The notes: generated from the sequence alone by a model not told the origin. Shown: positions 7,831 through 17,133, counted from the stretch's first letter. The stretch is DNA of 28,867 nucleotides from a virus (IMGVR_UViG_2660238462_000003), one strand, 5' to 3'. Translations and numbers: made by a program.

Positions 7831-8300
7831 TGAAATCGCACCTGATGAACAAAAAAAACATGGCGCAAAGCTGCCGTGTAAGTGCGACAGCGTTCGACAA
7901 GTGGGGAGTGACTCCCGTTGAACGTAAAGGCCGCGAGGCGTTTTATGATGTTGCCAGCGTAATAGACAATCGGGTTAGCAATGCAATTAACCAGATTACA
8001 GACGACAAAGGCGAGATTGATGATGATGAACTCCTACGAGTCAGGATCAGATTGCTGACAGCACAGGCAGAGGCGCAGGAGCTTAAAAACGAGCGCGAAC
8101 GCGGCGACGTTATTGATACAGCGTTTTGTATATACGTGCTTTCAAAATTGGCGAGTCAGATTTCTTCAATCATGGACAGCCTGCCGCTTGCCATGACAAG
8201 GAAGTTTCCCGACATGAAGCCGTCTATGCTGGATGGACTGAAAAAGAAGTTATCAGAGCCTGTAACGCATGCGCAAAACTTGACGAAAACATACCGCTGA
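7830..8300 (+). CDS. Terminase small subunit, lambda Nu1 family (in-frame part; C-terminal domain continues in -1 frame to 8371)
   Basis: RLLTAQAEAQELKNERERGDVIDTAFCIYVLSKLASQISSIMDSLPLAMTRKFPDMK aligns with lambda Nu1; SD GGGGA 5 nt before ATG 7830; -1 frame 8246-8371 encodes EVIRACNACAKLDENIPLMLSDYLMETAG matching the Nu1 C-terminus. Confidence 0.8.
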   Translation: MKSHLMNKKNMAQSCRVSATAFDKWGVTPVERKGREAFYDVASVIDNRVSNAINQITDDKGEIDDDELLRVRIRLLTAQAEAQELKNERERGDVIDTAFCIYVLSKLASQISSIMDSLPLAMTRKFPDMKPSMLDGLKKKLSEPVTHAQNLTKTYR

Positions 8301-8382
8301 TGCTGTCCGATTATCTGATGGAAACTGCCGGAAACGTACCGGATAAGTTGCAGCCGAATAAAGATAAGTAACGTAGTACGCT

Positions 8383-8664
8383 ATGACTGAATCCGAAATA
8401 CTGCGATTAATCCGCCGTGCTTGTGGAATCAGCAAGCAGCATGACGAACAGGCCACGCAGCCGGACAGCGTGACCGCAGATAATTATGTGCGTGTAGTGG
8501 CTGAGGTGATGCGCCGTGACGGTATTGAGCTTAACGGCGTGGATATGCGCAACATACGAACAAGAGTCCTTGAGTTGCTGGCATATCGTCGCCGTTCTCA
8601 ACAACGGAGGGAGAGCGCGAAAAATACTTACCAGTGGAAGAAGCCGGAACGATTGCGGCGGTAA
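8383..8664 (+). CDS. Hypothetical basic protein (93 aa)
   Basis: ORF directly after terS; Arg-rich C-terminus; weak SD; no recognisable family. Confidence 0.35.
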   Translation: MTESEILRLIRRACGISKQHDEQATQPDSVTADNYVRVVAEVMRRDGIELNGVDMRNIRTRVLELLAYRRRSQQRRESAKNTYQWKKPERLRR

Positions 8665-8679
8665 CTTGCTGATATTCCC

Positions 8680-9060
8680 GATAACGCAAAATTGCGCTGG
8701 CTGACTTGTTGCATTGCAAAAAGTTAAGCAGGAAGGCACGGCCTGTAAGATGGGATGCAGTAAGTAGTTCAAGGCTACCTTGTGCTGGCACGCACAGTTA
8801 AGCCGTCGGTGCTGGATATCCCCCACTGGGGGAAAAGCTGGCTACATCCCTCACATCTGAGGACTGATAACGCGACATTGCGCTGGCTGGCAAAGTGCAA
8901 AATTGCACGATGGCCTAACCCATTGATTATTTCGAAAACCTGCAATGCAGGAAATCGGGGAAGTAAGCCTAAGCTATTGATTGTTTCGAAAACCCCCATT
9001 GGGGGATGTCGGGAAAGTAAGACTAACCCATTGATTCTTCCACAATCCTCAATTTGAGGA
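8680..9060. repeat. Non-coding region of short palindromes and degenerate direct repeats
   Basis: Direct repeat gataacgc(a/g)a(a/c)attgcgctggctg at 8680 and 8866; palindromes cgcaaaattgcg, ttgcattgcaa, cccccactggggg, gtgcaaaattgcac, cctgcaatgcagg, cccccattggggg, cctcaatttgagg; three roughly 55-bp units each starting (c/t)cattgatt(n)tt(t/c)c. Confidence 0.5.
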
Positions 9061-9479
9061 GGCCGGAACGTCTACATAGCTGCATCGCCGTAATGATGAT
9101 TCAGCCCACCAGCCAAATCAGCACAGCAACGACAGAATAGCCCGACACAGAAAAACCACGAATATGGGGTTTTTGTTATGACATGGTCATGATGACCACT
9201 CATACAAAACAGGTAAAGCCCACCAGCCTGATTAAAGGTTAACCGGAAAAAAGCCAGGTATCCAATCTCGATATGGGGATCCCTATATCGACATTAACGC
9301 CCACTAAAACTGTGCATATATGCATAGAAAAAGCATCCACCAGCTTTATGACGGATGCCGCTCATCTTATAAATAATCGTGTATTGCAGTGTGTATTGCG
9401 ACTCCTTTAAACGATAGGTCTGAGCATTCGTAATGTACTGTTTTTAAATTTTATTTTTTCCTGTCTTTTCATAAAGGCG

Positions 9480-9707
9480 ATGTATGCCGCCACCATTGAG
9501 AGTGAGCTGGATACGCAGTCAGCGATGGATTTTATTCTGGGCGCGAACAGTCAGGAGCAGCGGGAAAGGCTGACCGGCTGGATTGGTGAAATTGCCGCGT
9601 ATTACGCCGCAGCGCCGGTCCGGCTGGGAGGCGCAAAAGTACCGCACCTGATGCCGGGGGACTCACTGAACCTGCAGACGGCTCAGGACACGGATAACGG
9701 CTACTCC
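9480..9707 (+). CDS. Hypothetical protein, 3' end lost in scaffold gap
   Basis: ORF MYAATIESELDTQSAMDFILG... running into the N-run; unrecognised. Confidence 0.25.
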
Positions 9708-9717
9708 NNNNNNNNNN
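9708..9717. other. Assembly/scaffold gap (10 N)
   Basis: Run of 10 n characters. Confidence 0.95.
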
Positions 9718-9921
9718 CGCAGCTTTACGCTTGTCTTCTCTTATTTTGAAGTACAGATTCGTCAGGTAAGTCAGAAAGCCCAGAACCAGACTTCCCAGCA
9801 CACCAATAGCAGCCCACTGTGATGGACTGACCTGATCAAGCCACTGTAAAAACCAGTAGCCAGCACTGCCTGCGGAGGTGCCGTAGGCAATGCCCGTTGT
9901 TAACTTGTCCATGGATTTCAT
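9718..9921 (-). CDS. Holin, phage 21 S21 (pinholin)-like; C-terminus truncated by gap
   Basis: [63 protein letters not shown]... matches S21/EssD-type holin; strong SD GGAGGTGAGG. Confidence 0.8.
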
Positions 9922-10294
9922 AGCCTCACCTCCGCAAATAACGGATGGTGTACACGGTTCGGAACGAAGAGGGAAAGGTATAGAAGTTACATTAGCGTAA
10001 GGCCTGAACATCTATTCAAAAAGAAAAACGCCAGCGATTATTCTGGCGTAGCTGAAAGCATCATAAAATTATCAAATACGAAAATTACAAAATCATTAAA
10101 ACGCATCACGTTACATCATGTGTTTTTCTAAAAAAATCTTGATGAATATTTGTGGGGAGGAACACCAAAATATCTTCTGAAAACACTTACAAAATATGAC
10201 GTATTTTCATAACCGCATATCTCAGCAACTTTCCCAACAGAATATAAATTGTAGCTTAATAACCTTTCCGCCATCACCATTCGCTCTTCAAGAA

Positions 10295-10680
10295 TTAATT
10301 TTCGTGGATCTCAACTGAGCGTGAGAAGCAGATTGTTTTACGAGCCAACCGCTTAATACGGGTGCGTAGCGTCAGATTATTACGCTCAATGCGTTGGGTG
10401 AATATTTTGCCGGTCAGATGCTTATTCTTCGGCACCTCCCGGCCATAGCTGCCCCAGTCATCGCTGGTCAGCATGCCGATATTGAAGGGTGTAAGCAGTG
10501 CCAGTAGCTCCCGGCACGTTTGATCGGTTCGGGGACCAAAAGTGTAGGCCAGTACACCGCCTGTTTTGGTGTTGTACGCGTACCAGAGTCAGTGTTGCCG
10601 GGCTTTACTGCCAACGTAGCTCCATTGCTCATCAAGCTCGCAGATAAGCGCCACATCAGCATGGGCAACAGGCGAAGAAG
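10295..10680 (-). pseudogene. insB: IS1 insB-like, internal TGA stop and short C-terminus
   Basis: Minus-strand translation LICELDEQWSYVGSKARQH*LWYAYN...MLTSDDWGSYGREVPK...RIERNNLTLRTRIKRLARKTICFSRSVEIHEN resembles InsB; stop falls where IS1 InsB has Trp. Confidence 0.6.
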
Positions 10681-10953
10681 TTATTCGCTTTGGCGCGAGT
10701 TTTTTAAAGTCCGGATGACGGTGTTAATACCAATTTTCAGTGTCCTGGCGGTATCGCGAACCCCGGCACCATTAAAGGCCATTTCAGTTATCCGCTCTTT
10801 CATACCCGGCTTACGTGCTTGATAAGTATAAGTGAGCTGAAACACACGGTGGCAGTCACGGCAGCGAAATCTGTCACGGCCTTTAGGGTTCTGACCATGG
10901 CGGTAAACCTGAGCTGACTGACAACGGGGACAATGAATATTAACTCTGGCCAT
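10681..10953 (-). CDS. insA: IS1 InsA-like zinc-finger/HTH protein
   Basis: 90 aa; CPRCQS...CRDCHRVFQ zinc finger and HTH GINTVIRTLKN typical of IS1 InsA (divergent from K-12 IS1). Confidence 0.8.
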   Translation of the reverse strand: MARVNIHCPRCQSAQVYRHGQNPKGRDRFRCRDCHRVFQLTYTYQARKPGMKERITEMAFNGAGVRDTARTLKIGINTVIRTLKNSRQSE

Positions 10954-11432
10954 GAGATAACCTCAAAAGCCCGTATTATACATCAGACTCAACTAATTAG
11001 AGGCATCACCATAGAACATATGTATGGCATATTATCCACCTGATATCATTGGGGTTACACCAGGTAAGTATAGGTGGGTAATCAATATTCGCCAGTTCAA
11101 CAATAAGGAAAATCTCATTGCATCACAACTATAAAAGCATGTGTTTAACTCGCAAAAAATCATTAAACTAATCTGTTATATTATAATAGCTGCGTGCAAT
11201 AATAATATTATATGCTCTTAATATTCGCTTGAAATATCTTTATATAAAAACAGATTGAATAAAATATTTTGGGGCTGGTATATTTACCAACATTAAATTG
11301 CATCTCAATATTTTCTTCAGCGTGAACAGGATTTTTATACAAACTGACACTATGGGTATCATAGTGTAGTTTTTACGATTGTAAATATCCTGCATGCAGG
11401 AACTCATCACTTTCAGATGATATCGCATACAG

Positions 11433-12392
11433 TTAATTCACCATCAGTCTTAAAGCCAGTTCTTCCGGATAGGGATCGAAGTAATTCTGTGTAAGCAAGT
11501 AATCATTAGGATACTCACCCAGATAATGCTTCAGCAGAGTCAACGGCGCAAGAAGAGGCAATGTGCCAGAACGATAGTTAAGTATAACCTCGCTCAACTC
11601 TTTACGCTGGCGTGTACTTAAGTAGTTACTAAAATACCCCTGTATATGCATCAGCACATTCGTGTGATTTTTACGTGATGCAGGTTTTATGAGAATCGCC
11701 ATCAGCTTATCACGATACACCTCAAAGAATGATTCAAGGTCCGCCCACTCGTGTATTGCAGCCACAAATGGTCCCATATCTTTATAGCCTGCCTGACTAT
11801 GCGCCAACAACTGAAGCTTATAACGACTATGAAAAGCTAATAACTCTCTTCTTGATAATTTCTCCTTGTAAAGGTGATTGAGCTCATGCAAAGCAAAAAC
11901 TCTTTCAACAAAATTCTCACGAAGCACTGGATCATGTAATCGCCCATCCTCTTCAACCGGTAGCCAAGAAAACTTTTCCATCAAAGTGCTCGTAAATAGT
12001 CCCACTCCATCTTTACGACCTCGATTACCATTTTCATCATAGACACGCACGCGCTCCATGCCACAGCTGGGAGATTTAGCACAAACCACAAACCCCGATA
12101 CATCCTTTAATTTGTCCATATAAGAACGACTAAACTCTGTCATTCTCTCTGTCACATCCTCATTCTGGTCGTGGCTGAAACACATCCGTATATTTCCTTG
12201 CGTCGAGCGCACAAGACGTAGAGCAGGACGCGGAACTGGCAGCCCTATAGCCATTTCCGGACATACTGGTCTGAATGTTACCCATTCCACTAATTTGTCC
12301 ATTAAAAAGTCAGCTCTTTTGTGACCACCATCAAAACGAACAGCAGAACCGGCCAAACAACCGCTGATTCCAATCACAGGTTTTTTTATCAT
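11433..12392 (-). CDS. DUF523/DUF1722 (YbgA-like) family protein
   Basis: 319 aa; strong SD GGGGGAGGA; N-terminal Cys-containing DUF523-like region plus C-terminal DUF1722-like region (from memory of family features). Confidence 0.55.
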   Translation of the reverse strand: MIKKPVIGISGCLAGSAVRFDGGHKRADFLMDKLVEWVTFRPVCPEMAIGLPVPRPALRLVRSTQGNIRMCFSHDQNEDVTERMTEFSRSYMDKLKDVSGFVVCAKSPSCGMERVRVYDENGNRGRKDGVGLFTSTLMEKFSWLPVEEDGRLHDPVLRENFVERVFALHELNHLYKEKLSRRELLAFHSRYKLQLLAHSQAGYKDMGPFVAAIHEWADLESFFEVYRDKLMAILIKPASRKNHTNVLMHIQGYFSNYLSTRQRKELSEVILNYRSGTLPLLAPLTLLKHYLGEYPNDYLLTQNYFDPYPEELALRLMVN

Positions 12393-12584
12393 ATCCTCCC
12401 CCTTGACTAATTCATTAACAGATAAACTGTGTAGTGCACGGAATAAATTGCCTTTCTGGCGTCATCACTGACAATTTTTCTGTTATGGACTATTCCTAAT
12501 ATAGTATAAAAGTTCTTTAAGTGATTGGTCGTAATCATCTATCTTTCATACTTACCCTCAACTATCAAAAGTACAGGATTTATT

Positions 12585-13109
12585 ATGAAGTTATGGCCTG
12601 TGTTGACTGGCATTGCACTCTCTTTCACTCTTATAGCATGTAAGGCCCCGACACCACCTAAAGGTGTGCAGCCGATTACAAATTTTGACGCCAACCGCTA
12701 TCTCGGAAAATGGTATGAAATAGCTCGCCTCGAGAACCGGTTCGAACGTGGTCTGGAACAGGTCAGCGCTACTTATGGAAAACGGAACGACGGAGGGATT
12801 CGTGTACTTAACCGTGGATACGATCCAACGAAAAATAAATGGAGCGAGAGCGAAGGTAAAGCATACTTTACTGGAGATACTAAAACTGCAGCGTTGAAGG
12901 TTTCGTTTTTTGGCCCCTTCTATGGTGGCTATAATGTAATCAAACTGGATGATGAGTATAAGTATGCTCTTGTCAGTGGTCCGAACAGAGAATACCTATG
13001 GATTCTGGCAAGGACCCCAACTATTCCAGATAAAGTAAAAGCAGACTATGTGCGAACCGCTCAAAAGCTGGGATTCAATGTCAATGAATTATTATGGGTT
13101 AAACAATAA
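12585..13109 (+). CDS. blc: Outer membrane lipoprotein Blc (bacterial lipocalin)
   Basis: Lipobox LIAC; NFDANRYLGKWYEIARLENRFERGLE...KVSFFGPFYGGYNVI...YLWILARTPTI closely matches E. coli Blc; SD AGGA 6 nt upstream. Confidence 0.85.
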   Translation: MKLWPVLTGIALSFTLIACKAPTPPKGVQPITNFDANRYLGKWYEIARLENRFERGLEQVSATYGKRNDGGIRVLNRGYDPTKNKWSESEGKAYFTGDTKTAALKVSFFGPFYGGYNVIKLDDEYKYALVSGPNREYLWILARTPTIPDKVKADYVRTAQKLGFNVNELLWVKQ

Positions 13110-13136
13110 AATCCCTACCCGAAATGATACTTATTA

Positions 13137-13165
13137 GAAAAAAAACCAGCCTTTGGGGAGGCTGG
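13137..13165 (-). terminator. Rho-independent terminator downstream of Q (tR'-like)
   Basis: On minus strand ccagcctccccaaaggctgg hairpin followed by T8. Confidence 0.5.
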
Positions 13166-13265
13166 CTAAATCAGGAAACAAGCTGTTATATGATAATAAC
13201 TACGTTGCGATTCCAACATTTAAAATGTTAGACTAATGACAATCAGACAGCAACTTTTCTTTTAA

Positions 13266-13643
13266 TTATTTCGAACAATCAGCATCCATCTCCAATCGGA
13301 GATCCAACACCATCAGCATGCCCTCCACTACGCCCTCAGCTTTCTGGAGCATCCTGCCAACCCAACAATCAGATCGCCCATGCTTACGTGCAAGCGCCAT
13401 AAAAGTCATGCCGCCGACATAATAGTCCACCAATAAATCATGCAAATCGCTGTTGTTTTTTTTCAGGCGAGCCATACATCCACAAATGATCATCGCGTCA
13501 TCGTCACAGCATTGCGGGCGAGATTTGACTTTTGAAGAAATTAACCCCTTAAAACCGGCAGCAATGGACGACCAGGTCACATCTTCATGATTATTAGCCG
13601 CCCACGCTCCCCAACGCTCAAGAACCATCTGAATATCACGCAT
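13266..13643 (-). CDS. quuD: Late-gene antiterminator Q (DLP12 QuuD-like)
   Basis: [31 protein letters not shown]...[16 protein letters not shown] matches QuuD/Q82-family; ORF opens at 13658 but start chosen at 13643. Confidence 0.8.
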   Translation of the reverse strand: MRDIQMVLERWGAWAANNHEDVTWSSIAAGFKGLISSKVKSRPQCCDDDAMIICGCMARLKKNNSDLHDLLVDYYVGGMTFMALARKHGRSDCWVGRMLQKAEGVVEGMLMVLDLRLEMDADCSK

Positions 13644-13728
13644 CAACTTACTCCACAAAAATCAGACCAGAACGCCAATTACAAGCAAAAATCAACAAAA
13701 CAGTATTAGTTGATTGTTATCTCTGACT

Positions 13729-13869
13729 TCATACTCCTGCTCCTGTCAGGGTTTTGGCGTAATTCTTCAGTATTCGGTAATCGGTCAAAACAGAACCGGG
13801 GAAACGATATAAGCGCAGACGCCCCCAGCGGTGGCGAAGACGTTCTGCCATATAAAACTCAAACATCAT
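13729..13869 (-). CDS. ylcG: YlcG-like small protein (46 aa)
   Basis: Minus-strand [49 protein letters not shown] between rusA and Q; not in supplied ORF track (under size cut-off). Confidence 0.45.
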   Translation of the reverse strand: MMFEFYMAERLRHRWGRLRLYRFPGSVLTDYRILKNYAKTLTGAGV

Positions 13870-14228
13870 TCATTCCCCATTTCGGTGATGGTCAGTTCCA
13901 GCCTCCCACCTTTGGTAACAGGCATCTTCACAACGCGGTAATCAACGACCTGAGCATCATCCAGCCAGAAACCTGCTTTAGTGAGTGCGTCAAAAGCGGC
14001 TTTTTGCAGATTATCCAGGTCACGGCGACGGCGATCCGGCATGTGGCACTCAATGCGGATTTTCACAGGCATAGCCAGGCCGATATCCAGCATTGCGTTT
14101 TTAATGATTCGGGCGACGTTATCGCGGTATGCCTGCCCCTCTGCGCTGACGTGCGTGCGCCCGCGATTATGGCGGTAATAGCGATTATTGCTCGGAGGCC
14201 AGGGTAATGTGATGCTGTAGGTATTCAC
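13866..14228 (-). CDS. rusA: Holliday junction resolvase RusA
   Basis: 120 aa [41 protein letters not shown]... matches E. coli RusA as recalled. Confidence 0.9.
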   Translation of the reverse strand: MNTYSITLPWPPSNNRYYRHNRGRTHVSAEGQAYRDNVARIIKNAMLDIGLAMPVKIRIECHMPDRRRRDLDNLQKAAFDALTKAGFWLDDAQVVDYRVVKMPVTKGGRLELTITEMGNE

Positions 14229-14515
14229 GCCTTAATAACCCCCTCTTTCAGCCAGATAACCTGTGTTCTCGCCATACCTTCCAGCGCGCATTCTTTTGCA
14301 TATGCAGCATCGACAAAATGTGTGCGGCGGTCGATTTCGTCGTGGCAGGCAGAACATGCAATGGTGGCAATCAGGTCTGGCGGTTTGGTACCGGTGCCGC
14401 ACAATCCAGTCAGCCGGATATGTGCCAGTACAGACGTTTCAGGGTTGCCATTACATACGCCAGGGATTCTTACCTGGCATTCCCGACTACGCGCTGCTTT
14501 TCTCAAATCAGCCAT
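14225..14515 (-). CDS. ybcO: YbcO-like (DUF1364) nin-region protein
   Basis: [40 protein letters not shown]...[11 protein letters not shown]; start at 14515 with SD AGGAGGAA. Confidence 0.75.
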   Translation of the reverse strand: MADLRKAARSRECQVRIPGVCNGNPETSVLAHIRLTGLCGTGTKPPDLIATIACSACHDEIDRRTHFVDAAYAKECALEGMARTQVIWLKEGVIKA

Positions 14516-14678
14516 GATTCCTCCTTGCTGCCAGTCGCAACCATTTTTTATCAACCAGGCTGGCGGTATATCCGAGCAGTGTTGGTATTTCGGAAGGCTT
14601 CAGCTCCGGTTTACGCTTACGACGATCTGGTACTCTGTAGATGTGTCCGTTCATGACACGAATAAGCGGTGTAGCCAT
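14508..14678 (-). CDS. ninE: NinE-family protein (56 aa)
   Basis: Minus-strand [59 protein letters not shown]; start overlaps ybcN stop (TAATG); under ORF-track size cut-off. Confidence 0.5.
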   Translation of the reverse strand: MATPLIRVMNGHIYRVPDRRKRKPELKPSEIPTLLGYTASLVDKKWLRLAARRNHG

Positions 14679-15133
14679 TACGCCTCCTGCTTGTCGCGGA
14701 GCAGCTGGAACTCGCAGCTCTGCGGAATAGTCAGGTGGCAGCCAATATTCACCGCCCAGGCTTCAACCTTACACAGGAAGACATACATCTCTCCGGTATC
14801 AAGATCGGAGGTATGGCGTAACGACTGGATAGTGGTGATATCACCGGTTACGACATCAACCAGGTCTTTGGTTTCATAACCGAGATATGTGTGTTTGAGA
14901 GCATCTTTTACCCAAGCTGGAGTGGCGAACGTTTTACCCTTGCTGATGAGGTATTCACTGATTTCGCTGTACCACATGTGGCTGAGTGCATTCTGGGAAA
15001 GACTGCGTCTCTCGCGCCACGGTTTAAGCACCATGCGAAAGCATTTGCCGTCCTCCAGATAAGGCTGGATCTGCCGACCGATAGCGGTGAAGTTACCGCG
15101 ATGCAATTTGATACCATCTTGTGGGAGGTTCAC
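14678..15133 (-). CDS. ybcN: YbcN-like nin-region protein
   Basis: 151 aa ORF resembling DLP12 YbcN; position upstream of ninE-ybcO-rusA. Confidence 0.75.
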   Translation of the reverse strand: MNLPQDGIKLHRGNFTAIGRQIQPYLEDGKCFRMVLKPWRERRSLSQNALSHMWYSEISEYLISKGKTFATPAWVKDALKHTYLGYETKDLVDVVTGDITTIQSLRHTSDLDTGEMYVFLCKVEAWAVNIGCHLTIPQSCEFQLLRDKQEA

Positions 15134-15408
15134 GCTTCACCTCCGCAGAGGTCAAACGTTGGATGCAAGATATCGCAGGTGCATTTCTGCATCTGTGACT
15201 GGTTGAAAGGTGTTCTGATTGTCGTTTGCACTTTGAGTCCCCTCAAAGCGCAGAAGTCACCGGAGTTGTTCAGGCTCCGATGACATGATTATGGCGAGTT
15301 GATTATGATGAATCAATAGGTTCTTATGTCAAATGAACACTAGATCCAAAGGAGGGTAACAATTATCATAGCCAATGAGATTAATCTCATTTTTAATAAG
15401 GAAATTTC

Positions 15409-16827
15409 ATGAAATATTTCTCAACTGGTTTTTATGTTTCAAACTCCACATCTCTAGCTGAGATCTTTAATGAATGTTTTTCTTGGGTAAACGACTCACC
15501 ACATACAACTTTTATTCCAGCACAATTAGTATGTGATTATAAAAGCGAGGAGTACTTCATAGAGTCTAAAAATGAAAGAATTGATATAATAACTTATAAA
15601 AACAAAGATACTAGTTTAGGCTGTTTTAGGTATTCGAAAATATCTGAGCCACACAAATGGGTAACAGATATTTCAATTAATAAAAATCTCAAAACTGATA
15701 CCATGTGGATTCAGGTGGAATCTAGCGTTGTAAGCCAAGATGCAGCTTATCTAGCCCCGCAACCTAAGAAACCATTAGTTGTTATGAGATTGATTGATAA
15801 ATTTTCTGGTGGTCTTGATGATATTTTCAAGGTGTCAGTCGAACCTCATTCCTTAGATGATACTGATGAACATTTAAATATAGCAGCTAAAGTTATAAAT
15901 GGTGAAACTGACAACAGACTACCAATAATATACGTTAGCTCCAAGTATTTTTTTAATGAACATGCTCACAATATCATCCCAGAACGCCTTGCAAGAAAGG
16001 TATGCGGATTAGCACATGTATTAATTGAGCCTAGCAATAGACTATTTTCTATTAAGCTAAAAAATGAGACAAATGCTAAAAATGCCTATGCTGGTGCTGT
16101 TGGTATCTATTGGCCACGGGGTCAAAATATCAGTTTTTATCGCCGTGGTGAGAAAACCGCAAAAGAATTTGAAGATGAGTTATTTGATGATGTTGTAAGA
16201 GCTACGACTACAATGGCTCCTGTCTCAGATAGTGGATGGAGTGAGATACAAACCAGAAAAACGAAAGACTCTATTAACTCACTCAAAGAAAGAGGAGAAT
16301 ACACACGCGAACTGATGGCGCTTTACGAAGCCGATAATGTTGCGAAAGATGACCAAATAGAAGATCTTAAGCATAAGATCTCCTCTTTAGAGCACAGAGT
16401 ACGCACTCTTCAATCACAAGCTTCAGCCCAAGGAAGCATTGTGCTTAATGCTGGTGAAGAGACTGATTTTTTTGATGGAGAAATCAAAAATATAATTATT
16501 GACGCACTAAAAACTGCCATAAAAAATAAAAATGAATTTGGTAGAAGCTACCATATCTTATCATCCCTAATTGCCAATAATGAATACAATAAAGAAACCG
16601 AGAGTCGCCGCCAATTACTTAAAAGGACTTTAACAGGTTACAGAAGCATGGATAGCGCAACACAAAGAAATTTAAAGGACTTAGGTTTCAGTGCGTCAAG
16701 CGATGGAAAACACTGGAAGTTAACATATAATGAAGACCCTCGATATTCCTATATTTTACCTAAAACAGGAAGTGACCACAGAGGTTCTTTAAATGCTATC
16801 TCGGATATAGCAAACATTATTTTCTAA
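15409..16827 (+). CDS. Hypothetical 472-aa protein, AT-rich moron between nin region and ren
   Basis: Long ORF with SD AAGGAAA; much lower GC than flanking genes; central coiled-coil-like segment (EDLKHKISSLEHRVRTLQSQ); no recognised motif. Confidence 0.55.
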   Translation: MKYFSTGFYVSNSTSLAEIFNECFSWVNDSPHTTFIPAQLVCDYKSEEYFIESKNERIDIITYKNKDTSLGCFRYSKISEPHKWVTDISINKNLKTDTMWIQVESSVVSQDAAYLAPQPKKPLVVMRLIDKFSGGLDDIFKVSVEPHSLDDTDEHLNIAAKVINGETDNRLPIIYVSSKYFFNEHAHNIIPERLARKVCGLAHVLIEPSNRLFSIKLKNETNAKNAYAGAVGIYWPRGQNISFYRRGEKTAKEFEDELFDDVVRATTTMAPVSDSGWSEIQTRKTKDSINSLKERGEYTRELMALYEADNVAKDDQIEDLKHKISSLEHRVRTLQSQASAQGSIVLNAGEETDFFDGEIKNIIIDALKTAIKNKNEFGRSYHILSSLIANNEYNKETESRRQLLKRTLTGYRSMDSATQRNLKDLGFSASSDGKHWKLTYNEDPRYSYILPKTGSDHRGSLNAISDIANIIF

Positions 16828-16835
16828 TAAATTTC

Positions 16836-16861
16836 AATAGCACTCACAAATGAGTGCTATT
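16836..16861. terminator. Hairpin between convergent moron genes
   Basis: aatagcactca-caaa-tgagtgctatt perfect 11-bp stem. Confidence 0.4.
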
Positions 16862-16878
16862 GTTGCCACTGAATTACT

Positions 16879-17133
16879 CTATTTAAATTCAACTTTTATC
16901 CCTTTGTTTAGCAGGGCATCAGAAACTGCCTTTTTTGTAACATTTATCCCTGCAAGCAATGCTTTATGCATTGGTCCCTTAAAAATTTCTACTTCTTCTT
17001 CAGTGAGTTTAGGCAATGTAATATAAATAACATCTTTCATCTGCTTGTTTTTATAGCATGAGCTTCTTGTGTGCTTACAATCGATATTTTCTTTATTTCC
17101 CAAAACATCATCCCCTTTATAATTCAGTTCCAC
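16879..17133 (-). CDS. Hypothetical small protein (up to 84 aa; non-ATG start likely, or 53 aa from internal ATG), AT-rich
   Basis: ORF convergent with the 472-aa gene; first codon at 17133 is GTG; weak SD. Confidence 0.3.
   Translation of the reverse strand: MELNYKGDDVLGNKENIDCKHTRSSCYKNKQMKDVIYITLPKLTEEEVEIFKGPMHKALLAGINVTKKAVSDALLNKGIKVEFK

Larger units (their letters stand above)
1..9460 (+). mobile_element. Phage satellite / PICI-like island, partial (integrase side outside window; right boundary uncertain)
   Basis: Co-linear + strand set: AlpA-like, BRO-N, P4-family primase-helicase, iteron ori, SSB, capsid E/D homologs, cos, Nu1-like TerS; no TerL, portal, tail or lysis genes. Confidence 0.6.
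10285..11020 (-). mobile_element. IS1-family insertion sequence, defective (no recognisable left inverted repeat)
   Basis: insA-like ORF plus insB-like reading frame; right end ggtgatgcc motif near 11010-11020 resembles IS1 terminal repeat; left end not recognisable. Confidence 0.7.

Noticed and set aside
8126-8371. 81-aa ORF as an independent gene
   Set aside because: Its C-terminal half is the -1 frame continuation of the Nu1-like terS; reported as a frameshift, not a separate gene.
8900-9060. Possible CRISPR array
   Set aside because: Repeat units are degenerate, each carries a different internal palindrome, only about three units are present, and there are no cas genes.
9532-10011. 159-aa minus-strand ORF
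   Set aside because: Reads through the N-gap; only the 9718..9921 holin portion is real.
10262-10285. ccatcacc motif as the IS1 left inverted repeat
   Set aside because: It is in direct, not inverted, orientation relative to the right-end ggtgatgcc motif; the IS1 left boundary is left unassigned.
14263-14879. Plus-strand ORFs of 84, 112 and 185 aa
   Set aside because: Antisense to the conserved ybcO / ninE / ybcN genes.
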